Shown: piece after piece, positions 41,019 through 51,029 of the stretch
Numbering within the stretch: the first letter of the stretch is position 1
Layout: the number at the start of each line of letters is the position of its first letter
DNA from: Vicinamibacterales bacterium
Lineage (GTDB): Bacteria > Acidobacteriota > Vicinamibacteria > Vicinamibacterales > UBA2999
Assembly (NCBI GenBank): GCA_036274155.1
Contig: DASUGH010000043.1
Coordinates: 11,165 to 75,164 of the forward strand
Direction: 5' to 3'
DNA length: 64,000 bases
Program-made: the position numbers and the translations under genes
Notes under the pieces: generated by a model
The model's input: only the letters and a program-made list of their open reading frames with translations
The model's database searches: none
Told to the model about the DNA's origin: nothing

Positions 41019-43766
41019 ATGCTTCGAATCTTCTCGCCTTTCGCCATGCTCGCCGGCGTGATCCTGCTGCTGCTGGTCACGCCGACGATCGTCGGGTTCT
41101 ACACGGACTGGCTCTGGTTCGGCGAAGTCGGATATCAGCCCGTCTTCACGACGATGCTGCGTGCTCAGGCACTGCTGTTCCTGACTGCGTTCGTCGTGGC
41201 ATTCGCCTGGCTGGCCTTCAACGTTCAGGTCGCCCTGCGGTCGATGCGCCACTCCAGGCTGGTCATCACGACGCGCGATGGCATCGAGCTCAGGCTCCCT
41301 GGTCCGCAGCAGTTGCGATCGCTCGTGCTGGTCGTCGCCATGCTCCTCGCCGTCGTGGTGGGACTGTGGGCATCGCGCGAGTGGGAAACATGGCTTCTCT
41401 GGCGATACGCCGTCCCGTTCGGCCAGGCGGATCCGATCCTCGGCTACGACGTCGGCTTCTTCGTCTATTCGCTTCCCTTTCTGCAGTTCGTCCGCGGTCT
41501 GCTTCAAGCGCTCGTCGTCCTGGCCGCGCTGGGCTCCGGCGCGATCTACCTGTTGACCGGCAACCTGACGTCCGGCCTGCGGATGACATTCTCCATGTCG
41601 CCGCTGGCACGAAAGCATCTTTCGCTGCTGGCGGCAGCGTTTCTCCTGCTGCTGGCATTCGGCGCCTGGATCGGGCGGGCGGAGTACCTCGTCCAGGCAT
41701 CAGCCCACATCCATGGGGCCAGCTACGCCGACGTGCACGCGCGGATGCCGATGGCGCTGGTGCTGACCGCGGCGGCGGTGATGGGCGCCGCGCTCGCCGC
41801 CTTGCACGCGACGACGGCGCGCCGCTGGCCGCTGCCGGCGGCCTTCGCGCTTTACGTGGCGGTCGCCGCCGCCGGTCAGATCTACGGCAACGTGCTGCAG
41901 CGCCTGGTGGTGTCGCCGAACGAGCAGGCGCTCGAGACGCCGTTCATCCGGCACAACATCGACGCCACGCGGCGCGCGTTCGGCCTGGACGGAATCGAGG
42001 AACGCCAGATATCAGGAGACGAGCAGCTCACGCGCGACGACATCGCACGCAACGCCGACACGCTGCAGAACGTACGGCTGTGGGATCACGATCCGCTCCT
42101 CGACACATTCGGACAACTGCAGGTCATCCGCACGTACTACGACTTCGAGCACGTCGACAACGATCGCTACCGGATCGACGGCACACTGCGGCAGGTGATG
42201 CTCTCGGCCCGGGAGCTCAATACGATGGCGCTGCCGAACAAGACCTGGATCAACGAGCGGCTGACGTTCACGCACGGCTTCGGGTTGACGCTCGGGCCGG
42301 TGAATCAGGTCACCGACCAGGGTCTGCCGGTGCTCTTCGTCAAGGACATTCCGCCGCAGACGGTTCCCGACCTCAAGATCGATGAGCCGAGCATCTACTT
42401 TGGCGAGCTCTCGAACGACTACGTCATCGTCCGCACGCGCACCGAAGAACATCACTACCCCAGGGGCGACAAGCCGGTGCTGACGAAATACGCCGGTTCC
42501 GGCGGCGTGCCGATCGGCTCGCTCTGGCGGAAGCTGCTCTTCGCGGCCAGGTTCGGCTCCTATCAGATCCTGCTGAGCAACGACATCGGGCCCGAGAGCC
42601 GGATCCTGTTCAATCGGCGGATCGCTCAACGGATCAACGCGGTGGCGCCGTTTCTGGGCCTCGACCCCGATCCGTACCTGGTATTGGCGGACGGCAGGCT
42701 CTTCTGGCTCCACGATGCCTACACCACCTCCCGCCTGTATCCGTACTCGAGCCCGTCGCCCACGGCCCGCGTGAACTACATCCGCAACGCGGTCAAATTC
42801 GTGATCGACGCCTACAACGGCACCATGACGGCGTATCTTGCGGACGAACGCGACCCGATCGCGCGCACCTACGCGCGCGCGTTCCCGGGTTTGTTCAAAC
42901 CGCTCTCATCGATGCCGCCGGCCATCCGCGCGCACGTCCGGTATCCGGAGGGCATCTTCGGCGTGCAGGCGGAACGGTACGCCACCTATCACATGACCGA
43001 GCCCTCGGTGTATTACAACCGCGAGGATCTCTGGCAGATCCCTGCTGCCGATCAGCCGACGGCCGGTCGCGCCGCTGCGATGGAACCGTACTACACGATC
43101 ATGCGGCTGCCGGGGGAACGCGAGGCGGAGTTCATCCAGATGCTCCCCTTCACGCCCGCGAGCCGCGAGAACCTCGCTGCGTGGCTGGTGGCGCGAAGCG
43201 ACGGCGAGCACTATGGCCGTCTGAGCGCGTTCGAGTTCCCGAAGCAGAAGACCGTCTACGGGCCGCGGCAGATGATCGCCCGTATCAGCCAGGATCAGAC
43301 GATCTCGCCGCAGATCACCCTCTGGAACCAGCAGGGCTCGCAGGTGATCTGGGGCACGCTGATGGTGATTCCGGTCGAGGAATCGCTGATCTACGTGCGT
43401 CCGCTGTACCTCCGCGCCTCGGGAGGACGCATCCCCGAGCTGACCCGCGTTGTCGTCGCCTACCAGGACGACATCGTCATGGAGCGGACGCTGGACGACG
43501 CGGTGGCGCGTCTCTTTGGCGGTCCGTCGCGTTCAAGGCCGTCAGGTGAGGAGCAGACGCGATCGCGCGATACGGCATCACCGCCGATCGAAGCGCCTGC
43601 CGGCGGCGAGCTCGGCCAGCTGGCCGCCGAGGCGCGCGCCCACTACGAGCGAGCCGTTCAGGCGCAACGGGCCGGCGATTGGGCCAAGTACGGAGAGGAG
43701 ATCACCCTGCTCGGCCAGACGCTCGAGCGCATGCAGCGGCCTGGCGGCCAGTCGCCAAAACGCTGA
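41019..43766 (+). CDS. UPF0182 family membrane protein
   Basis: YTDWLWFGEVGY, DPILGYDVGFF, NVRLWD, DNDRY, FTHGFG, NYIRNAVK..IDAYNG, HVRYPE. Confidence 0.92.
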   Translation: MLRIFSPFAMLAGVILLLLVTPTIVGFYTDWLWFGEVGYQPVFTTMLRAQALLFLTAFVVAFAWLAFNVQVALRSMRHSRLVITTRDGIELRLPGPQQLRSLVLVVAMLLAVVVGLWASREWETWLLWRYAVPFGQADPILGYDVGFFVYSLPFLQFVRGLLQALVVLAALGSGAIYLLTGNLTSGLRMTFSMSPLARKHLSLLAAAFLLLLAFGAWIGRAEYLVQASAHIHGASYADVHARMPMALVLTAAAVMGAALAALHATTARRWPLPAAFALYVAVAAAGQIYGNVLQRLVVSPNEQALETPFIRHNIDATRRAFGLDGIEERQISGDEQLTRDDIARNADTLQNVRLWDHDPLLDTFGQLQVIRTYYDFEHVDNDRYRIDGTLRQVMLSARELNTMALPNKTWINERLTFTHGFGLTLGPVNQVTDQGLPVLFVKDIPPQTVPDLKIDEPSIYFGELSNDYVIVRTRTEEHHYPRGDKPVLTKYAGSGGVPIGSLWRKLLFAARFGSYQILLSNDIGPESRILFNRRIAQRINAVAPFLGLDPDPYLVLADGRLFWLHDAYTTSRLYPYSSPSPTARVNYIRNAVKFVIDAYNGTMTAYLADERDPIARTYARAFPGLFKPLSSMPPAIRAHVRYPEGIFGVQAERYATYHMTEPSVYYNREDLWQIPAADQPTAGRAAAMEPYYTIMRLPGEREAEFIQMLPFTPASRENLAAWLVARSDGEHYGRLSAFEFPKQKTVYGPRQMIARISQDQTISPQITLWNQQGSQVIWGTLMVIPVEESLIYVRPLYLRASGGRIPELTRVVVAYQDDIVMERTLDDAVARLFGGPSRSRPSGEEQTRSRDTASPPIEAPAGGELGQLAAEARAHYERAVQAQRAGDWAKYGEEITLLGQTLERMQRPGGQSPKR

Positions 43767-43787
43767 TTGGCGGCGTCGTTCGAGCGT

Positions 43788-45857
43788 TCACCCTGCGCCT
43801 GGTGTGTCGGGTTCGGTGAGGAGCCACGCCCTCAGCACCTCGGCCACCGTCCATGCCTGCGCGATGCACCCTCGAGGTGTAAACGGATAGTCGGCGTCGA
43901 AGATTTCACTGAGCGTGCCGACACCGGCCTCGTCGAGATGCGCCTTGAACCCCTCGACGCACTGGCGTGCGGCGGCGCGATCCTCCGGCCGGACCTTGAG
44001 CCACGCGTCCACGAATGGTCCGATCAGCCAGCCCCAGACCGTTCCCTGGTGATATGCCGCGTCGCGCGCCCGCAGGTCGCCGTAGTACTGCGGCCGGTAG
44101 TCACGGTGACCTGGCGCGAGGGATCGCAGACCTACCGGCGTCAGCAGACGCTCGCGCACCACGTCGAAGACCGGCTGCCAGCGGTCGCGGTCGAGGATGG
44201 GGTATTCAAGAGAGATCGCCAGCACCTGGTTCGGACGGCACGCCGAATCGTCGCCCTGCTCGCCGTCTATGACGTCGTACAGGTATCCGCCCTCCTCGTA
44301 CCAGAACCTCGCGTTGAATGAGCTCCGGGTTCGCTCGGCGTGACCGTCGACTTCGGTCGCCATTGGATCGCCCTCTTCGCCAAGCCACTGCGCCATCAGC
44401 CGCAGGGCGTTGTACCAGAGCGCGTTGATCTCCACGGTCTTGCCGCGGCGAGGGGTCACGACCCAGTCGTCGACCTTCGCGTCCATCCAGGTGAGCTGGT
44501 AGCCATCCGCGCCCTGGCGCAGCAACCCGTCGGCCGGATCGACGCCGATGCCGAAGCGCGTGCCGGTGAGGTGGTGCTGGACGATCGATTTCAGGGTCGG
44601 CAGCAGCTGACGCAGCGTGACGCGATCTCCGCTGAGAGTCAGGTATCGGGCGATGGCGTGGAAGAACCACAAGGTCGCGTCGGCCGTGTGGTAGAGGCCC
44701 TCCTTTGTCCCTTCCGGAAACATGTTCGGAATGAGGCCGTCGCGCACGTAGTGCGCGAAGGTCCGCAGGATGTATCCCGCTTCGCGCTGCCGCCCTGTGC
44801 ACAGCGTCAGCCCCTCCAGGCTGATCATCGTGTCGCGGCCCCAGTCGGTGAACCAGTGGTAGCCGGCGATGACGGTGCGAACCTCGTCGCCTGCGGCGCG
44901 CGCGCGCGCCGCTTCCTCGGCTCGGCCCGCCGGCGAAATGATGAACTGGTCGGCGGCGAGGACCAGCTCGGCTCCGAAATCCGTGAGCCGCGCCTCCTTC
45001 ATCGACTCGATGAGGCGCCGGCGCCGGTGCCGCTCGGCGCCCAGGAGCTCGTCCGGCTCGAGGGCGCCAATCGTCTCCCACGACTCCGTCGAGGCGACGA
45101 GCGTCCCGGGAGCGTCGGGGGTAAGGGTCAGACGGAAGTAGCCCGGCAGCCAGAGATCGCCGCGCGAGTCGTAGCCTCTACTCTCTTCGAGCTCGTACGA
45201 CACATCGTGAATGGTTTCCGGCACCACGGTAAACGCCTTGTCACGCCCGTAGACGAACAACCGCAGCGGTGGCAGATTCGCTTCCGGGTCGATCTCGAAC
45301 CGATCCCCGACGGCGCGCAGCGTATACGGTGCCGCCAGCTGCTGGCTGACCGGCGCGTCGTGCAGCCGGAAGGCCACGAGCGGCGAGAGCTCGATACGAA
45401 CGGCAGTGCTCGACAGCGGTGTGTAGACGATGTGGGTGGTGTTCTGCTGAAAGGGCATCACCACCCGCTTCTCGAAACGGATACCCTCGACGTCGTAGAC
45501 CCAGACCGGCAGTCCTGCCTCGATCCGGCATTCCATCAGGTACTTCGAACAGTCGAACTCGCGGCCCTGCGGGTTTTCGGTGATCGCGGGCAGCGACACG
45601 AGCCGCCCGTCCGGCAGACGCAGGCGCTCCCAGAGATGGGTGAGCACCACGGTCCGGCCGAACGGCGTTGGCAGAGCCGCCACGAGCAGCGCGTGATAGC
45701 GGCGTGTGATCGCACCGCTGATGGTGCCTGACGCGTAGCCTCCGAGGCCATTGGTCACCAGCCATTCCTTCGAAACCAGCGACCTGTGCCCTTCCTCGCT
45801 GCGCTCCCAGGTGAGCTCTCGAACGAGCTCCGACTCAGATCGCTCGAGCACCGCCAT
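43788..45857 (-). CDS. Glycogen debranching enzyme (amylo-alpha-1,6-glucosidase family)
   Basis: EWLVTNGLGGYASGT, IAGYHWFTDWGRDTMISL, TWMDAK, VEINALWYN, YHQGTVW, AQAW. Confidence 0.92.
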   Translation of the reverse strand: MAVLERSESELVRELTWERSEEGHRSLVSKEWLVTNGLGGYASGTISGAITRRYHALLVAALPTPFGRTVVLTHLWERLRLPDGRLVSLPAITENPQGREFDCSKYLMECRIEAGLPVWVYDVEGIRFEKRVVMPFQQNTTHIVYTPLSSTAVRIELSPLVAFRLHDAPVSQQLAAPYTLRAVGDRFEIDPEANLPPLRLFVYGRDKAFTVVPETIHDVSYELEESRGYDSRGDLWLPGYFRLTLTPDAPGTLVASTESWETIGALEPDELLGAERHRRRRLIESMKEARLTDFGAELVLAADQFIISPAGRAEEAARARAAGDEVRTVIAGYHWFTDWGRDTMISLEGLTLCTGRQREAGYILRTFAHYVRDGLIPNMFPEGTKEGLYHTADATLWFFHAIARYLTLSGDRVTLRQLLPTLKSIVQHHLTGTRFGIGVDPADGLLRQGADGYQLTWMDAKVDDWVVTPRRGKTVEINALWYNALRLMAQWLGEEGDPMATEVDGHAERTRSSFNARFWYEEGGYLYDVIDGEQGDDSACRPNQVLAISLEYPILDRDRWQPVFDVVRERLLTPVGLRSLAPGHRDYRPQYYGDLRARDAAYHQGTVWGWLIGPFVDAWLKVRPEDRAAARQCVEGFKAHLDEAGVGTLSEIFDADYPFTPRGCIAQAWTVAEVLRAWLLTEPDTPGAG

Positions 45858-47769
45858 CGTCGTTCTCCACCGGCCGAAGCACGACGGCCGCCTGGCCGGG
45901 AATGCGCCATCCCGAGGCGCTCACGACATCAGCGGTGCCCGTGCCTCCGTAGTCCGGGTGTTCGCTCGACCAGCGCAGCTCCCACCTCGAACCGCGAGGC
46001 GGAGCGATCAGCGGCTCGACGAGCGAGGCGGCGACGATCTCGGGCCCGAGGTTGACGATCAGCACGCGCTCGTCGCTCTGCGTCTCGCCCGTGAATCGCA
46101 GCACGAGCGCTTCCGGGTCGAGGACCGCGCCGTCGACGAGGCCTCGACGCTGTGAATGAAACGCCGCATCGCTGCGACGCAACGCGATGAGCTCGCGATG
46201 CAGCCTCCAGTGCGGGCTGTCGTCGCTCATCTCCTCCCAGCGCAGCTTGCACCGTTCGAAGGTCTCGGGGCTTTCGGGTGCTGGCAGCCGGGTTCGCATC
46301 TCCGCCGACGCGAGGCTCGGAAACTGCGCCAGGAACTCGCCGCGCCCCTTTCGGACCGCAGCGGCGAGCTCCGGCTTGTGGTCCGCAAAGAACAGGAACG
46401 GTGACGAAGCGCCGAACTCCTGACCCTGGAAGAGCATCGGCGTTCCCGGCATCAGCAGAAGAAGCGCGGTCATCGCACGGTATCGTCCCTCCGCCGTCAA
46501 CAAACGGAGCCGCGTGCCGTCGCCGGAGTTCGCCACCTGGTCGTGGTTCTCGAGAAAGGCGACGAACGCCGCCGGCGTGATCCCGTCGGTCCGACTGCCG
46601 CGGGCCTTTCCCTGCCACGCGTATCTCTGCCCCTGGAAGAGGAATCCGTATTTGGCGGCCGACACGAATTCCTGCGGCCTTCCCCTGAAGTCGGCGTAGT
46701 AGGCTTCCCGGCGTCCGGTCAACGCCACGAACGCGCTGTGATGAAAATCGTCGTTCCACATCGCGTCGAGGCCGTGACCTCCGAGCGCAATCGGCGTCAC
46801 CATCGTCACGTCCTGTGGCTCGTTCTCCGAGACGAGCAACACGCTGCGATCGACGGCAGCGGCACGCGCCTTCGTGGAGATCACCCTGACGATGTGCTCC
46901 TCCGAGCGATCCGCGATGGTTTGCGTGGCATCGAGTCGCAGGCCGTCGAGGTGATACTCCGCGATCCAGTACGATGCGTTGCAGGCGAAGTACTCCCGGA
47001 CCGGACCGGACGCCGGACCATCGAAATTGAGCTCGTCGCCCCATTCCGTCTTGCCCTGACGGGTGAAGTAATCCTGTGAGAACGTGTGGTGCACCGCCCC
47101 GTCGGGCCCCAGATGGTTGTAGACGACGTCGAGAATTACGCCGAGACCGAGCGCATGCGCGCGATCGACGAAGAACCGGAAGTCGTCTGGCGTCCCGTAG
47201 AGACGGGTCGGCGCGTACAAAAGGACGCCGTCGTAGCCCCAGCCGAAGCGGCCGGGAAACTCCGCCACCGGCATCAGCTCCACGAGCGAGATCCCGGTGT
47301 TCGCCAGGTGCGGCAACCGCTCTGCGGCAGACCGCCACGTGCCGGTCTGCGTGAACGTTCCGATGTGCAGCTCATAGACGACCTGGCCGTGGAGTTGCGC
47401 CCCGCGCCACCCCGCGTCCGACCACTGATACCGTGCCGGGTCGACGACCTGCGAGGGACCGAATGGGCCGTCTGGCTGGTAGCGCGATGCCGGGTCGGCG
47501 AACAACGAGCCGTCGAGGCGGTAGCGATAACGGGCACCGTCGCCGACCTGCGCGACTCGAACCGACCGATAGCCGTCGCCTTCCGCTTCGAGCGGAAACT
47601 CCCGATCGACTGCGCCTTCCTTGTCGAGCACGAGAGACACGCTGGACGGACGAGGAGCCCACACTCGAAAGTGCGTCGACCCGTCAGGCTGGGCTTCCGC
47701 TCCGACGGGCAATCGACGGATGACGGCAGTATCGGCTGTGGACTTCGCTGCCTCGACGCGGCTCATCAT
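45835..47769 (-). CDS. treZ: Malto-oligosyltrehalose trehalohydrolase (GH13)
   Basis: FRVWAP, YELHIGTF, WGYDGV, DVVYNH, DGLRLDA, WNDDFHH, NHDQVAN, LFQGQE. Confidence 0.88.
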   Translation of the reverse strand: MMSRVEAAKSTADTAVIRRLPVGAEAQPDGSTHFRVWAPRPSSVSLVLDKEGAVDREFPLEAEGDGYRSVRVAQVGDGARYRYRLDGSLFADPASRYQPDGPFGPSQVVDPARYQWSDAGWRGAQLHGQVVYELHIGTFTQTGTWRSAAERLPHLANTGISLVELMPVAEFPGRFGWGYDGVLLYAPTRLYGTPDDFRFFVDRAHALGLGVILDVVYNHLGPDGAVHHTFSQDYFTRQGKTEWGDELNFDGPASGPVREYFACNASYWIAEYHLDGLRLDATQTIADRSEEHIVRVISTKARAAAVDRSVLLVSENEPQDVTMVTPIALGGHGLDAMWNDDFHHSAFVALTGRREAYYADFRGRPQEFVSAAKYGFLFQGQRYAWQGKARGSRTDGITPAAFVAFLENHDQVANSGDGTRLRLLTAEGRYRAMTALLLLMPGTPMLFQGQEFGASSPFLFFADHKPELAAAVRKGRGEFLAQFPSLASAEMRTRLPAPESPETFERCKLRWEEMSDDSPHWRLHRELIALRRSDAAFHSQRRGLVDGAVLDPEALVLRFTGETQSDERVLIVNLGPEIVAASLVEPLIAPPRGSRWELRWSSEHPDYGGTGTADVVSASGWRIPGQAAVVLRPVENDDGGARAI

Positions 47770-47865
47770 TAAGATGGATGCGCCACGCGATGGCGCCCCG
47801 AGCTACGCACGCTGCAGAGATGATGCCGAACTCCTGCGGGCGCGGAAAGGAATGTTCGAGTCCGG

Positions 47866-48651
47866 ATGAGGTTCAAGCTCACGATCGAGTACGCCGGCAC
47901 ACGTTACAGCGGCTGGCAGATTCAAAAGAACGCGCGGACCGTTCAGGGCGAGATCGAGCGCGCCCTTCAGCAGGCCGTCGGGTCGAAACCGATCGAGCTG
48001 TATGGATCGGGACGCACCGATGCCGGTGTCCATGCCCTCGCCCAGGTGGCGCACCTCGACCTGGACGCCGCGATCGCTCCCGAACTGCTCCGCCGCCGTC
48101 TCAACGATGCGCTCCCTTCTGATATCGCGATCCTCCGCGTGGAAAAGGTCCGCGCGCGATTTCACGCCCGCCACGATGCCGTGGCGCGCAGCTACCTCTA
48201 TCAGATCGCGAGGCGCAAGACCGCGTTTGCCAAGTCGTTCGTGTGGTGGGTGAAGGAGCCGATCTCGGTCGAGGCGATGCGGCAGGCTGCTGGCGCCTGC
48301 GTCGGGTTTCACGACTTCAGGTCGTTCTCCGACGACGACCCGGGTGAGAAGTCGACGGCAGTCGCCGTCGACGCGCTCGACATCCACGAGGACGAAGACC
48401 TGGTCGTGATTCACATCGAGGGATCCCACTTCATCTGGAAAATGGTTCGACGAATCGCCGGCGTGCTGGTGGCGGTCGGCCGCGGAGATCTGAAGGCGGA
48501 GGAGATGACCGCTCTTCTTTCGTCGGCGTCTGACCTGCCGGCTCGTCTCACGGCGCCGGCTTCAGGATTGTTTCTCGAGCGGGTTTATTATCCGGGCGAT
48601 CGCCGGGATGAGAGCGTCCGAGCGGTGTCGACTCTGCGCAGTCCGGGATGA
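47866..48651 (+). CDS. truA: tRNA pseudouridine(38-40) synthase
   Basis: YAGTRYSGWQ, SGRTDAGVHA, FHAR, HDFRSF, MVRRI, TAPASGL. Confidence 0.93.
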   Translation: MRFKLTIEYAGTRYSGWQIQKNARTVQGEIERALQQAVGSKPIELYGSGRTDAGVHALAQVAHLDLDAAIAPELLRRRLNDALPSDIAILRVEKVRARFHARHDAVARSYLYQIARRKTAFAKSFVWWVKEPISVEAMRQAAGACVGFHDFRSFSDDDPGEKSTAVAVDALDIHEDEDLVVIHIEGSHFIWKMVRRIAGVLVAVGRGDLKAEEMTALLSSASDLPARLTAPASGLFLERVYYPGDRRDESVRAVSTLRSPG

Positions 48652-48704
48652 TGTCGAGGCGGGGCTCCGTTCCCCGCCTCGATGATGCGTGGCCGCCGCC
48701 AGCG

Positions 48705-49439
48705 TCAGGGCTTCTTGCGATAGGGCGCGATCAGACCGGCGCGGCTGGGAATGTAGATGACGTCTTCAGTAACGCCCTGGCGTGCGAACACGGGAAACCC
48801 GTAGTACTCGCCAACCAGCTGGAACTCGGAGGCGCGGAGCGGAACGGCGCTTCCGGCACTGATCCACTTGGCCCCGTTGTAACGGACCCAGACTCCGTCG
48901 TTGTTTTCCGGCCGCAGCAGGACGACCTCGGGAGTCGCAGCCTGAGGTTCGGCGGCGGGCGCGAGCGGCTGACCGGCACCCGTCGCCGAATAGGCGCTGA
49001 TCGCGCCGAGCGGCTGCGGGAGGTTGGTCGGCGAGACGGCGGCCGAAAGTACACCTCTGCCTTCGTAGTCGGTGCTCACCGGGAACGACGGCGTCCGGCT
49101 GCCCGTCGTGCCCGCAAGGTCACCGCGCCGCGGTTTCTCATACGGTTGCATCACGCCGCGCGCCACTGGCACGTACACGATGCTGTACGGCTCGATCGTG
49201 GTGTCCGCGTAGAGCGGGATGCCGTTGTAGTGCCCCGTCCGGACCATGACGTTCCCGTTGAAGAACACGGTGGCGCCGGCGGGATAGTACAAGTCACCGG
49301 CGAACTGCACCGGTTCGGCGAGTCGATACCACGACTCGTTTTCGGCCGTGACGATCGGCGGATCAGTTGGCCGGCTGTTGACCTGGGCGAACGCTGGCGC
49401 TGCCGTGAGCAGCGCGAGCGCGATGAACAGACCACGCAT
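48705..49439 (-). CDS. Secreted hypothetical protein
   Basis: Signal peptide MRGLFIALALLTAAPAFAQ; Tyr/Pro/Gly-rich body. Confidence 0.7.
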   Translation of the reverse strand: MRGLFIALALLTAAPAFAQVNSRPTDPPIVTAENESWYRLAEPVQFAGDLYYPAGATVFFNGNVMVRTGHYNGIPLYADTTIEPYSIVYVPVARGVMQPYEKPRRGDLAGTTGSRTPSFPVSTDYEGRGVLSAAVSPTNLPQPLGAISAYSATGAGQPLAPAAEPQAATPEVVLLRPENNDGVWVRYNGAKWISAGSAVPLRASEFQLVGEYYGFPVFARQGVTEDVIYIPSRAGLIAPYRKKP

Positions 49440-49470
49440 GTGAAAGCCCTCCCCTGCAGCGATCACACGG

Positions 49471-49485
49471 TCAAAGCACGTGCCA
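49471..49485 (-). promoter_or_regulatory. Possible sigma-54-like promoter
   Basis: TGGCACGTGCTTTGA: perfect -24 box, -12 reads TTGA instead of TTGC. Confidence 0.4.
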
Positions 49486-49619
49486 TTCGGCGAACGCGGA
49501 AAGATGCGTTCTACCACGGCGCGCGCGAAGTGTCACGCGGCGATCACAGAACTGGCGCCTGGCGATTGGGAGCGCCGCCGCCTTTAGTCTTCCCCAAGGA
49601 TGACGCGCGAACGAACGCG

Positions 49620-50225
49620 CTACACGCCGCCGCGCTGGCTCGCTGGAGGCGTCACTCCGTTCAGGCGCAGATACACGACGAGCTGACCGTAAATATCCTC
49701 CGTGTGCTGCAGGTCGTAGTAGAACACCTTCACGCGGCTCGCTGAGGACCCGAGGAACGGCGGCGGCGTGACGCGCTCGACCAGCTGCTGATCGTTGAAC
49801 TCTTTCAGCACCGCCGCCTGCCAGTCGTACGACTGCTTCAACGCCGCGAGGATGTCGGCCTTCGTCGTGGCCTTCTGATTGATCGTTGGAGCGGCAGTCT
49901 TCCCACCGAGGGAGTTGAACAGGAAGCCGTCCACGGTCACGATGTGCATCACGCGCTCGCCGAAACTCTGCTGAGCCGGCGTCGGCTTGAAGCCGAACTT
50001 GTCCTCGGGCATTGCGTTGACGAGGTTGACGATCAGCTCTCTGGTGCGATCGAGATCCGACTGCACGTCACCAGCCAGCGTCGTGATTGGCGGCCCTTGT
50101 GGGCCGCGCCCCGCCCCGCCGCCCGACCTGCCCTGCCCGCGGCCGTCCTGGGGCGCGGCGAACGCACCCTGTGCAGCGGCCAGCAATACTGTCACGCCGA
50201 GGAACATGGTGACGACACGGTGCAT
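49620..50225 (-). CDS. DinB/YfiT family protein with signal peptide
   Basis: AMPEDKFGFKPTP, SFGERVMH, YGQLVVYLRLNGVTPPAS. Confidence 0.85.
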   Translation of the reverse strand: MHRVVTMFLGVTVLLAAAQGAFAAPQDGRGQGRSGGGAGRGPQGPPITTLAGDVQSDLDRTRELIVNLVNAMPEDKFGFKPTPAQQSFGERVMHIVTVDGFLFNSLGGKTAAPTINQKATTKADILAALKQSYDWQAAVLKEFNDQQLVERVTPPPFLGSSASRVKVFYYDLQHTEDIYGQLVVYLRLNGVTPPASQRGGV

Positions 50226-50273
50226 ACGATCCTCCTGACTCGAACTGGGCACCAACCGGGGTGCCCACGAGAT

Positions 50274-51011
50274 TTACAACTCCGCCTGCAGCTGACGCAG
50301 CAGTACTTGCCAGTGGCGCTCGGAAGCCTCGTGCTCATAGACGGGGTGGCCGGTCACCGCAAAACCATGTCTGGCGCCTTCGTAGCGCTCGAACATGTAC
50401 TGCACGCCGGCATCGTCGAGCGCGCGCTTGAGCCGCGCTTCCTGTTCGGTGGTGAACGAGGGGTCGATCCCGGCCGCACCCACATAGATGCGCCCTCGCA
50501 TCTTTGCGGCCAGAAGGTGCGGACTGTCGGGCTTGTCAGTGGCGAGGCCTCCTCCGTGAAACGACGCTGCCGTCACGACACGTTCGGGAAATGTACCGGC
50601 AGCGCTCAAGGCGAAGCCGCCACCCATGCAGTAGCCGACGGCGGCGGTCGGACCCGGCCGCACGAACGGCAGCCGATCGAGCGCCTCGAGCACCGACGCC
50701 GTGTCGCGCATCACCTTCGTATCGGAGATCGACGCAATCATCCCTTTGAACCGATCGCGCTCGGGCCCTTCCGTGAAGACCTTCGAGCTGTCGAACGGCG
50801 CATAGGAGCCGCTGCGGTAGTAGAGATTGGGAATGGCAACGACGAAGCCGTGCGAGGCGAGGCGCTCAGCCATCGAGGCGAGCGCGGGGCGGACGCCGAA
50901 GGCGTCCATATAGAAGAGGACCGGCGGCCAGGGCCCGTCACCGTTCGGTCTGAATACGTGACAGTCGATGACGCCGTCCTGGGTGGTGACGTCAATCCGT
51001 GCCTGAACCAT
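50274..51011 (-). CDS. Dienelactone hydrolase family protein
   Basis: YMDAFGVR, VGYCMGG nucleophile, SFHGG, HGFAV. Confidence 0.92.
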   Translation of the reverse strand: MVQARIDVTTQDGVIDCHVFRPNGDGPWPPVLFYMDAFGVRPALASMAERLASHGFVVAIPNLYYRSGSYAPFDSSKVFTEGPERDRFKGMIASISDTKVMRDTASVLEALDRLPFVRPGPTAAVGYCMGGGFALSAAGTFPERVVTAASFHGGGLATDKPDSPHLLAAKMRGRIYVGAAGIDPSFTTEQEARLKRALDDAGVQYMFERYEGARHGFAVTGHPVYEHEASERHWQVLLRQLQAEL

Positions 51012-51029
51012 CGGCCCTCGACGCCGCCC

